From an uncultured delta proteobacterium (lineage in GTDB: Bacteria; Myxococcota_A; UBA9160; SMWR01), in NCBI GenBank assembly GCA_963832165.1, contig CAWHTE010000011.1, positions 640,001 through 704,000 of the forward strand: 64,000 nucleotides of DNA, written 5' to 3'. Position 1 is the first letter of the stretch, and every line of letters starts with the position of its first letter. The position numbers and the translations under genes were made by a program. The notes below the pieces were generated by a model. It was given only the letters and a program-made list of their open reading frames with translations, was not told the origin of the DNA and did no database searches. Below, piece by piece: positions 29,674 to 37,697 of the stretch.

Positions 29674-31160
29674 TGCGCCTGGATCACGAAGTCATCGTGG
29701 TGGGTGCCGGCTTCGGCGGCATTGGGGTCGGTATCGAGCTGAAACGGATCGGGATCGAGAATTTCGTGCTGCTCGAGGAGGCCGGCGATCTCGGCGGCAC
29801 CTGGCGCGACAACACCTATCCCGGCCTCGAAGTCGACATCCCGTCGTTCAGCTTCTCCTACTCCTTCGAGCCGTATCGTGAGTGGAGCCGGATCTACGCA
29901 CCCGGGCGCGAGGTGAAGGAGTATGCGGACTACTGCGCCGACAAGTACCGGATCCGGCCGCACATCCGGTACCAGGCCTGCGTCGAGGAGGCCGTCTGGG
30001 AAGACGCGGACCGCTGCTGGCGGGTGAGGATCGCGGACGGGCGGGAGCTTCGGGCGCGTTTTCTCGTCAGCGCCTGCGGCTTCCTGGTGAGACCGCGGAT
30101 GCCGGAGATCGCGGGCATCGACGAATTCCGCGGCAAGCTCATCCACACCTCGCGCTGGGATCACGACTACGACTTGACCGGGAAGCGGGTTGCGATGATC
30201 GGCACCGGAGCGACCGCGATCCAGGTGGGACCGGCGATCGTCGACCACGTCGCACGGCTCGACGTGTACCAACGCACGCCGATCTGGCTGCTGCCGAAGT
30301 ACAACCCGATCCTCTCGGAGCGTGCGCGCCGGGTATTCCGGCGCGCCCCGGGGCTGCAGAAGCTGCTCCGGACGGTGAACTGGGGCTTCATGGAGCTCTT
30401 CTTCTCCACGAGCTGGCTCAACCACCACCGCTTCGCATGGCTCCACACGAAGATCGAGAACGCGTTGGTCGCGCGGATGCGGCGGCAGGTGCGCGACACG
30501 AAGCTCCAGGAGAAGCTGATCCCGCCGTACAGCTTCTTTTGCAAGCGACCGAGCTTCTCGAACACCTTCTATCCGATGTTGAGCCGCGACGACGTCGAGC
30601 TCGTCACCGAGCCGATCGGACGCTTCACCGAAACCGGCATCGAGACGGAGGAAGGGGCGCACCGCGAAGTCGACGCCGTGATCTGCGCCACGGGCTTCAA
30701 GTACTTCCAACGCTCCTCGACGCCGACGTTCGAGGTCTGGGGCCGCGCTCGCAAGAATCTCGGCGACTGGTGGCAGAAGGAGCGCTATCAGGCCTTCCAC
30801 GGCACCACGATGCCGGACTTCCCGAACTTGTTCATGCTCGTGGGTCCCTATGCCGCCTCGGGCGTCTCGTACTTCGACACGCTCGGAAACCAAGTTGCGC
30901 AGATCTCGCGGTGCCTGCGCGCGGCGCGTCGGCGCAGCGCAACGCGCGTCGAGGTGCGACGCGAAGCGCAAGAGCGCGACCTCGCTTTCGTGCTGCGCAG
31001 GAGGGGCAACACTGTCATGTTTCACGGCGACTGCTCGGCCTCCAACAGCTACTACTTCGATTCGAAGGGTGACTCGCCGGCGATCCGGCCCTGTTCGCCG
31101 AGCGAGGAGTGGCTCAAGTCCCGCCTCCTCAGCGTCCGCCGCAACTACCACATCGATTGA
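29673..31160 (+). CDS. Baeyer-Villiger monooxygenase (type I)
   Basis: GAGFGG; GGTWRDNTYPG; fingerprint FRGKLIHTSRWD; GTGATA; ATGF. TGATG coupling to the upstream gene. Confidence 0.92.
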   Translation: MRLDHEVIVVGAGFGGIGVGIELKRIGIENFVLLEEAGDLGGTWRDNTYPGLEVDIPSFSFSYSFEPYREWSRIYAPGREVKEYADYCADKYRIRPHIRYQACVEEAVWEDADRCWRVRIADGRELRARFLVSACGFLVRPRMPEIAGIDEFRGKLIHTSRWDHDYDLTGKRVAMIGTGATAIQVGPAIVDHVARLDVYQRTPIWLLPKYNPILSERARRVFRRAPGLQKLLRTVNWGFMELFFSTSWLNHHRFAWLHTKIENALVARMRRQVRDTKLQEKLIPPYSFFCKRPSFSNTFYPMLSRDDVELVTEPIGRFTETGIETEEGAHREVDAVICATGFKYFQRSSTPTFEVWGRARKNLGDWWQKERYQAFHGTTMPDFPNLFMLVGPYAASGVSYFDTLGNQVAQISRCLRAARRRSATRVEVRREAQERDLAFVLRRRGNTVMFHGDCSASNSYYFDSKGDSPAIRPCSPSEEWLKSRLLSVRRNYHID

Positions 31161-31184
31161 GCGGGTCTGGTGCGGGCCGGCTGG

Positions 31185-32036
31185 CTAGGGACGTGTCCCC
31201 GCGACCGTGAACAGCGTGCAGCCGCCGGCGTAGTGACCGCGCCGGCCGAGCTCCTCCACGGACTCGAGCCAGGTCCTCGCCTCTCGCTCGTCGATCACGC
31301 CGGCGTCGCGCGCGCCGCCGACCGAACGGTCGAGATTGAACAGGCTCTTGCCGATGGCGGGATCCGTGACGAACTGCACTTCCGGCGACACCTTCAGATC
31401 GACTAGACCCGCCTCGCGGAAGAACCCGGACAGCTGCCGGCCGATCCACGGGCTCGGAAAGCAGTCGCAGAGGTAGTTGAAGATGCGGCGCGTGAGCGCG
31501 CGGTCGGGCGCGTTGACGATGTAGGTGGCCATGTCGGGCTCGGTGACGACCACACGCCCGCCCGGCCGCACGACGCGCATCATCTCGGCGACCACTGCGG
31601 CCGGATCCGGCGAGTGCACGAGCACGCGCTCGGCGTGCGCGGCGTCCACGCTGGCATCGGGGAGCTCGATGCGCTCTCCGGATCCAGTTCGGAACTCCAT
31701 GCGCGCGGGAGTGTCCGCATTTCGCTCGCGCGCCTCCGCCACCATCGCCTCGCTCTTGTCGATGCCGATCACGCGGCCTTCGCGGCCGACGAGCGCGGCG
31801 AGCGCGCGCGCGTCCTCGCCGGTCCCACAGCCCACATCGAGTACGGCGCTGCCGTTGTCCAGCAGCATCAGCGCGAATGCGCGCTGCTTCCAGGCGATCG
31901 TGGCCTCGAGGCCGTGCTGCACGTCCAAGCAGCGCACGAAGGCGTCGGCGGAATTCGTCGCGTCGATCCGCTGGAAGTCGCGCCCGAGGACGGTCCTCCC
32001 GCGGCCCGAGGCGACATCGCGCGTTGCCCGGCTCAT
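31185..32036 (-). CDS. Class I SAM-dependent methyltransferase
   Basis: VLDVGCGTGEDA; ERVLVH; EMMRVVRPGG. Confidence 0.9.
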   Translation of the reverse strand: MSRATRDVASGRGRTVLGRDFQRIDATNSADAFVRCLDVQHGLEATIAWKQRAFALMLLDNGSAVLDVGCGTGEDARALAALVGREGRVIGIDKSEAMVAEARERNADTPARMEFRTGSGERIELPDASVDAAHAERVLVHSPDPAAVVAEMMRVVRPGGRVVVTEPDMATYIVNAPDRALTRRIFNYLCDCFPSPWIGRQLSGFFREAGLVDLKVSPEVQFVTDPAIGKSLFNLDRSVGGARDAGVIDEREARTWLESVEELGRRGHYAGGCTLFTVAGTRP

Positions 32037-32236
32037 GGCCGGCCCTGAAGGTTGCGCGCCGCGGACCGATTCTCCTGCCCGCTTCCGGCGACGATCGCGG
32101 CCTGGCCGTTCCGATCGATAGGGTCCACCTGGGCTCCTTCCGCGAAGCGTCCACGCAACCGGCGCGAATGTAACGAAAATACTTGACGCCGGAATGCGCC
32201 CGGCGCAGCCTGGGAAGCACCACGGCAGGAGCGGTG

Positions 32237-33064
32237 ATGAGCCAGCACGTCGAAGTGGGGCGGGCGTTCGGAGCGATCGATCGAACGGGTCGGCCCGAGG
32301 CCTTCGTGTCGGTGCTCGAGCACCAGCTGCGCCAGTCCACGATCCTCGAGCAGAAGCGCCGTGCCGCAGAGCTGCTCCGACTTCGTGCGGGGGATCGGGT
32401 CCTGGACGTGGGCTGCGGAACCGGGCATGACGCGCTCGCGCTCGCCGAGCGGGTCGGACCGCGGGGTAGCGTGGTAGCGGTCGACAGCAGTGCGGCGATG
32501 ATCGAGACCGCCCAGCGGCGCGGGGCGGGCATGCCTTTGCGCGTCGAATTCAGCGTCGGCGACGCCACGCGGCTCGACTTCGCCGACGCGAGCTTCGACG
32601 CCGTCCACTCCGAGCGCGTACTCGTGCACATCGTCGAGCCCCTGCGCGCGTTGCGCGAGATGGTCCGGGTGCTGCGGCCGGGAGGGCGGATCGTGGTCAC
32701 CGACGTCGACATCGGGACCTGGTTCGTGAGCCATCCCGATCGCGCGCTCACGCGGATCGTGGCGAACTCCGTGTGCGACGCGGTGGCCAACGGGTGGATG
32801 GGTCGGCAGCTTCGCGGGCTGTTCCAACAGGCCCGGCTCGTGGACGTCGAAGCTCACCCGGGCATTCTCTTCTTCACCGATCTCGAGTCGCTGCTGGGCA
32901 CGATGAGCCTGCCGGCCACGCTCGATCGCGTCGTGGAGCAGGGCCTTGCCGGCCGGGAAGAAGTCGATGCGTGGTTCCGGATCCTCGAGTCCGAGAGCGC
33001 TGCCGACCGCTTCAGCGCCGGTACGGTGCAGATCACCGTGGTCGGGTCGAGGCAGGGCGGGTAG
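32237..33064 (+). CDS. Class I SAM-dependent methyltransferase, divergently transcribed paralog
   Basis: VLDVGCGTGHDA; ERVLVH; EMVRVLRPGG; GGAG RBS. Confidence 0.9.
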   Translation: MSQHVEVGRAFGAIDRTGRPEAFVSVLEHQLRQSTILEQKRRAAELLRLRAGDRVLDVGCGTGHDALALAERVGPRGSVVAVDSSAAMIETAQRRGAGMPLRVEFSVGDATRLDFADASFDAVHSERVLVHIVEPLRALREMVRVLRPGGRIVVTDVDIGTWFVSHPDRALTRIVANSVCDAVANGWMGRQLRGLFQQARLVDVEAHPGILFFTDLESLLGTMSLPATLDRVVEQGLAGREEVDAWFRILESESAADRFSAGTVQITVVGSRQGG

Positions 33065-33082
33065 AGCAGAACGCAGCGGTTC

Positions 33083-33940
33083 TCAGTCGATGGCTCGCGC
33101 GAGCTCCGGCCAATGGCGCAGCGCGGTGCCGCCCAGGAACCAGTCGCGTTCCTCGGCGCTGAGCCTGGCCGCGGCGCGTCGGCCGTAATCGGCGATCTCC
33201 GCGTAGGGCCACATCCGGGTGTGCGACCAATCCGATCCCCACATGAGCCGCGATGCACCGAAGCGAGCTGCGAGCTCCCGCACGTAGTCGGCCGGGTCGC
33301 CCTGTGACTCGGCGAGGCGAAGCGCAACGGTCGAGACCTTCAGGGATACGTGTTCGAACGAAGCCAACGCCGCGAGCTCGGCCGGCACTCCGCTCCGGGG
33401 CTCCACCAGCCCCCCGTGGTCCAGGACCACGGGCACCTGTGGCAGTCGGGTCAGCGCCTCGAACAGTTCCGCGAGTCGTTCTGGCAGCACGGCCACGAGC
33501 ATCGGGATCCCGAGCCTCGCGACCGCCTCCCACACGTCTCGCGGCTCGTCGATCGACAAGGGCGCCGCAGTGAAGTGACCCTCTGCGTGCTCGCGCATCG
33601 ACGAGATCCGCGTGCCCACCCAACGCTGGCCGCGAGCACCCGCCGCGACGAGCCGACTCAGCTCGGTCCTCGCGTCTGGCGCGTTCTGATCGATACCGAC
33701 CACCGCGCTACAACGACGCGGAAAGCGCCGCGCGGCATCGAGCACGTACCGGTTGTCGTACTGATACGCCGTGCCCGCCTGGACGAGCACGGCACCGTCC
33801 ACGCCGGCCTCGTCCATCAGCGAGACGAGTTGCTCGACCGAGCAGGGTGCGTCTCGGAACCAGGGATCGAGCGAGCCGGCCGGATCGAGCGGGAAGCGCG
33901 CCTCGTCCTCGCCGATCACGTGGACGTGTGTGTCGATCAT
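33083..33940 (-). CDS. Amidohydrolase_2 family (lactonase/LigI-like)
   Basis: MIDTHVHV; AVLVQ; DNRY; LDHGG; LMWGSDW. Confidence 0.88.
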   Translation of the reverse strand: MIDTHVHVIGEDEARFPLDPAGSLDPWFRDAPCSVEQLVSLMDEAGVDGAVLVQAGTAYQYDNRYVLDAARRFPRRCSAVVGIDQNAPDARTELSRLVAAGARGQRWVGTRISSMREHAEGHFTAAPLSIDEPRDVWEAVARLGIPMLVAVLPERLAELFEALTRLPQVPVVLDHGGLVEPRSGVPAELAALASFEHVSLKVSTVALRLAESQGDPADYVRELAARFGASRLMWGSDWSHTRMWPYAEIADYGRRAAARLSAEERDWFLGGTALRHWPELARAID

Positions 33941-33982
33941 TCCAGCCAAGGTCCGCTCCGGGTGGGCCGGGGGTCGTCGCAG

Positions 33983-34000
33983 TTGTAAACTCAACTATCA
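33983..34000. promoter_or_regulatory. Candidate operator TTGTAAACTCAACTATCA
   Basis: 16/18 match to 28485..28502; about 43 nt upstream of a minus-strand amidohydrolase. Confidence 0.6.
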
Positions 34001-34204
34001 CAATATTAGCGAAACCGCGAAACGGGGATCGCCGATCACCCCGGTCCCGGGTGGAAAGCTGCGAGTGCCCTAAACACTGGGGCCGAGGTCGTTCGCGGGC
34101 TCGGAACATGAGGTAAAACACCTCACAAAGGGCGAGATGGACCAGCAAATTCGAGTGTTGGCACCCCCGCGGGCGATCGCTGCGCAAATCCCTCGCGCGC
34201 GATT

Positions 34205-34266
34205 TCAAGAATTGCGCGCAGAAGTCACAAAAATGCTTGACCCCAGCGGCGGGCACTTCATATCCT
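34205..34266 (+). promoter_or_regulatory. Promoter and conserved upstream boxes of PEP-CTERM gene 1
   Basis: TCAAGAATT-N9-AGTCACAAAA followed by TTGACC-N18-TATCCT; the same blocks precede copy 2. Confidence 0.65.
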
Positions 34267-34320
34267 GCCGTGCAAGGGGGGTCACACACCCTCGGCGTGA
34301 CCCGACCACAGGAGGCAACC

Positions 34321-35313
34321 ATGTCGATCCGATCTCGCAGGTCCTCGCTCGTGGCGCTCGTCGTTCTGGCGGGAGCCGCTCTGTTAATCGCGATTCCGGC
34401 GCTGGCTCAGCCCGTGCTCTACAGCGGAACGATGCGCGTCATCGTCCGCACGGGTCAGGTCCCCAACAATGCGCCCGGTGGCATTCCGACGTACGGCGGG
34501 GTGCTCAATCTCACGACGATGGACGGCATCACCGTGATGGCGGGAGATGCCAACTGGACCACGTCGTTCATGGTCACGAACCCGCCGACCTTCGCGGGCG
34601 TGCTCCAGCAGACGAGCTTTCTGAGCGTGATGAACCCGACGAACGGTATCGCCAAGCCGGGCAATGGCCCCGGGCCGTTCACGTTCGCGCACCCGTCACC
34701 CACAGGGGGTCCACCGTTCGACCCGGTATTGGGCGTATCCAAGCGGCTCGGCGCCGTATCGATGCCCGGCGGTCCCGGGGACTTCGGTGGGACGTTCCCA
34801 TTCCTGTTCAACTTCGTTGCCAGTCTCGTGTTCTACGGCGGTGGCGGCGGCAATCCGAACCTCGCGTGTCCGGCCGGTGTGAACGGTATCCACGGCGCCC
34901 CGAGCGTGATCGGCATCCACGCCCAGTGCATCGGTCTGACGACCGGCCCGCTTCCGGCGAAGACGCTGCCGTCGGTGATGGCCGACCGGTTCAACACGCT
35001 CACGCTGTTCCGGGCGACGACGGGTCCCGTGTTCGCCGCGGCACCCGCACCGTTCGTGGCCACCACGCTCACACAGACGGGCAGCGACAACCGCAACGTG
35101 GCGGGAACGATGGGCACGATCCAGCTCGTCGCGCCGTTCCTGTTCAGCGGGCAGTCCGGCGGCTCTGGCAATCCCGCAGGCCAGAATCAGGCAGCCGCCA
35201 TCACGGAATGGACCCTCACGTTGATGCCCGAGCCGGGCATGGCCCTCGCGCTGGTGGGCGGCATCGCTGCGCTCGTCGGGCTCCGCTTCGCCGAGCGGCG
35301 TCGCCAGGACTAG
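34321..35313 (+). CDS. Secreted PEP-CTERM sorting-domain protein, copy 1
   Basis: GGAGG RBS; signal peptide ending ALA-Q; Gly/Thr/Pro-rich body; C-terminus MPEP + TM helix + RRR. Confidence 0.9.
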   Translation: MSIRSRRSSLVALVVLAGAALLIAIPALAQPVLYSGTMRVIVRTGQVPNNAPGGIPTYGGVLNLTTMDGITVMAGDANWTTSFMVTNPPTFAGVLQQTSFLSVMNPTNGIAKPGNGPGPFTFAHPSPTGGPPFDPVLGVSKRLGAVSMPGGPGDFGGTFPFLFNFVASLVFYGGGGGNPNLACPAGVNGIHGAPSVIGIHAQCIGLTTGPLPAKTLPSVMADRFNTLTLFRATTGPVFAAAPAPFVATTLTQTGSDNRNVAGTMGTIQLVAPFLFSGQSGGSGNPAGQNQAAAITEWTLTLMPEPGMALALVGGIAALVGLRFAERRRQD

Positions 35314-35335
35314 ATTTTCCCTCGACCGAGAACGA

Positions 35336-35370
35336 GCAGGGTCCCGTCGGCTGCCCCGACGGGACCCTGC
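35336..35370 (+). terminator. Perfect 15-bp hairpin after PEP-CTERM gene 1
   Basis: GCAGGGTCCCGTCGG-CTGCC-CCGACGGGACCCTGC; no U-tract follows. Confidence 0.65.
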
Positions 35371-35425
35371 CCATGTCGTGCGCGCCTACCTTGTTAGGTA
35401 AGCCTGATCTAGGTCAGACGATCGC

Positions 35426-35457
35426 GGATCCGCGACGTCGCACGACGTCGCGGATCC
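35426..35457. repeat. Perfect inverted repeat (15-bp arms, 2-nt spacer)
   Basis: GGATCCGCGACGTCG-CA-CGACGTCGCGGATCC. Confidence 0.8.
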
Positions 35458-35669
35458 ATCCGCGCGCTCACCGAGAGTTAGCCCCGGTTCCATGCGCCGC
35501 GTTCCGGCACGACGCGCAGCCCGCCCAGCGCTGTACCCGTGGTGCACGAGAACGACGAGCTTTCGACTCGCCGTCGATGCGGGCATCGAGGAATCGCACG
35601 AGCGCGCGCACGCCAACTGGCCCGCGCCTGCCAGTCATTTTTAGGCGTGGGGTATTAATAAAAGCAACC

Positions 35670-35731
35670 TCAAGAATTTCGACAAAATAGTCACAAAATC
35701 GATTGACCCGGCTCCGAGCGCCTCATATCCT
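35670..35731 (+). promoter_or_regulatory. Promoter and conserved upstream boxes of PEP-CTERM gene 2
   Basis: TCAAGAATT-N10-AGTCACAAAA followed by TTGACC-N17-TATCCT. Confidence 0.65.
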
Positions 35732-35781
35732 GCGCTGCAAGAGGCCGATATACGACGCTATCCGGCCGAGGAGCTAACAAA

Positions 35782-36777
35782 ATGTCGATCCATTCCCGCG
35801 GAAGGGCGCTTGCGGCGCTCAGCTTCGGTTTGACGATGGCAGCTGCATTAATCGCGAGTCCGGCGCTGGCTCAGCCCGTGCTCTACAGCGGAACGATGCG
35901 CGTCATCGTCCGCACGGGTCAGGTGCCCAACAAGGCGCCCGGTGGCATTCCGACGTACGGCGGGGTGCTCAATCTCACGACGATGGACGGCATCACCGTG
36001 ATGGCGGGAGATGCCAACTGGACCACGTCGTTCATGGTCACGAACCCGCCGACCTTCGCGGGCGTGCTCCAGCAGACGAGCTTTCTGAGCGTGATGAACC
36101 CGACGAACGGTATCGCCAAGCCGGGCAATGGCCCCGGGCCGTTCACGTTCGCGCACCCGTCACCCACAGGGGGTCCACCGTTCGACCCGGTATTGGGCGT
36201 ATCCAAGCGGCTCGGCGCCGTATCGATGCCCGGCGGTCCCGGGGACTTCGGTGGGACGTTCCCATTCCTGTGGAACTTCGTTGCCAGTCTCGTGTTCTAC
36301 GGCGGTGGCGGCGGCAATCCGAATCTCGCGTGTCCGGCCGCTGTGGGCGGCATCCACGGCGCCCCGAGCGTGATCGGCATCCACGCCCAGTGCATCGGTC
36401 TGACGACCGGCCCGCTTCCGGCGAAGACGCTGCCGTCGGTGATGGCCGACCGGTTCAACACGCTCACGCTGTTCCGGGCGACGACGGGTCCCGTGTTCGC
36501 CGCGGCACCCGCACCGTTCGTGGCCACCACGCTCACACAGACGGGCAGCGACAACCGCAACGTGGCGGGAACGATGGGCACGATCCAGCTCGTCGCGCCG
36601 TTCCTGTTCAGCGGGCAGTCCGGCGGCTCTGGCAATCCCGCAGGCCAGAATCAGGCAGCCGCCATGACGGAATGGACCCTCACGTTGATGCCCGAGCCGG
36701 GCATGGCCCTCGCGCTGGTGGGCGGCATCGCTGCGCTCGTCGGGCTCCGCTTCGCCGAGCGGCGCCGCCAGGACTAG
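35782..36777 (+). CDS. Secreted PEP-CTERM sorting-domain protein, copy 2
   Basis: GAGGAG RBS; different signal peptide; near-identical mature region; MPEP-TM-RRR tail. Confidence 0.9.
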   Translation: MSIHSRGRALAALSFGLTMAAALIASPALAQPVLYSGTMRVIVRTGQVPNKAPGGIPTYGGVLNLTTMDGITVMAGDANWTTSFMVTNPPTFAGVLQQTSFLSVMNPTNGIAKPGNGPGPFTFAHPSPTGGPPFDPVLGVSKRLGAVSMPGGPGDFGGTFPFLWNFVASLVFYGGGGGNPNLACPAAVGGIHGAPSVIGIHAQCIGLTTGPLPAKTLPSVMADRFNTLTLFRATTGPVFAAAPAPFVATTLTQTGSDNRNVAGTMGTIQLVAPFLFSGQSGGSGNPAGQNQAAAMTEWTLTLMPEPGMALALVGGIAALVGLRFAERRRQD

Positions 36778-36796
36778 CGGCCTCGCACGACCAGGA

Positions 36797-36834
36797 CGGG
36801 TGGGCCCCGTGCTACGCACGGGAGGACCCACCCG
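36797..36834. terminator. Hairpin between convergent genes
   Basis: CGGGTGGG..CCCGTGC-TAC-GCACGGG..CCCACCCG. Confidence 0.55.
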
Positions 36835-36842
36835 CTGCTGGA

Positions 36843-37523
36843 TCAAGCGCTTCTCGGTTCGCGCAGACCTCCCAGCACGAACTCGATCATCTCCTCTATC
36901 AGCTCATCGGCGCCGACGCGGCCGCCGGGTCGGTACCAGTCGCAGACCTGGACGAGTAGTCCGAGCGTCGTCGCGGCCAGGATGTCCGGATCCCCGGCGC
37001 GGAAGACTCCCTCTTTCTGCCCCGCGACGATCAATTGCCGGAGAGCCGTGAAGTACGCGCGGCGGAAGTTTCGCGCCCAGTCCCCGATCTCGCCTTCCAT
37101 GCGCGCGAGCTGGCGACCGATCAATCCGACTTCGGTTGGATAGGCCACGGTCAACTTCATACGCGCCCGCAGGATGTGCTCGAGTCGTTCGGCGGGAGGA
37201 CCCTCCCGGGCGGCCTCCTCCTCGATGTCGAGCGTGCCGACCACGTTATTGACGAGGCGCTCGTAGATCTCTTCTTTCGAGCCAAAGTAGTGATAGAGGC
37301 TGCCGCGTACGATTCCGGCCTCACGCGCGATGTCGTCGAGCTTGGTGCCCTCGAAGCCCAACTTGTAGAAGACTTCGGCCGCGATCTTGAGGATCTCCTC
37401 GTCGCGGGGCAGGTCACGGGCGACGGCCTTACCCTGTCGCGGGCGACCGCGGCGGCGCGGCTTGCCCTTGGTCGCAGCCCGCTTCAACGAAGCGGCCGCC
37501 GCCGCCTTTGCTCCGGGGGACAT
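36843..37523 (-). CDS. TetR/AcrR regulator (KstR2/PaaR-like), paralog of 3021 and 4806
   Basis: RRGRPRQGKAVARDLPRDEEIL; GTKLDDIAREAGIVRGSLYHYF; WYRPGGR; GAGGAG RBS. Confidence 0.9.
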   Translation of the reverse strand: MSPGAKAAAAASLKRAATKGKPRRRGRPRQGKAVARDLPRDEEILKIAAEVFYKLGFEGTKLDDIAREAGIVRGSLYHYFGSKEEIYERLVNNVVGTLDIEEEAAREGPPAERLEHILRARMKLTVAYPTEVGLIGRQLARMEGEIGDWARNFRRAYFTALRQLIVAGQKEGVFRAGDPDILAATTLGLLVQVCDWYRPGGRVGADELIEEMIEFVLGGLREPRSA

Positions 37524-37697
37524 CGTCTCCTCCTCCGGCGCAGGGCCGGCAGGACCGTTCGCGTGCGACACATTTCCGATTTCCGATACGCATCGGCTCG
37601 TTAATTGGAATCGTAGCATCCATCGAAACCGCGCACCTCTGCGCGCGCGTCCCGAACCGCCCGCTGCGTCACGGTACTTGGACGCTAGTGTCGATTC

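Larger units (their letters stand above)
34384..36777 (+). repeat. Direct repeat: 34384..35313 and 35848..36777 (930 bp, offset 1464)
   Basis: Visual alignment shows about 12 substitutions and no indels. Confidence 0.95.

Noticed and set aside
34384..36777. Diversity-generating retroelement (template/variable repeat)
   Set aside because: No reverse transcriptase in the window; the differences are not adenine-specific; both copies are full genes.
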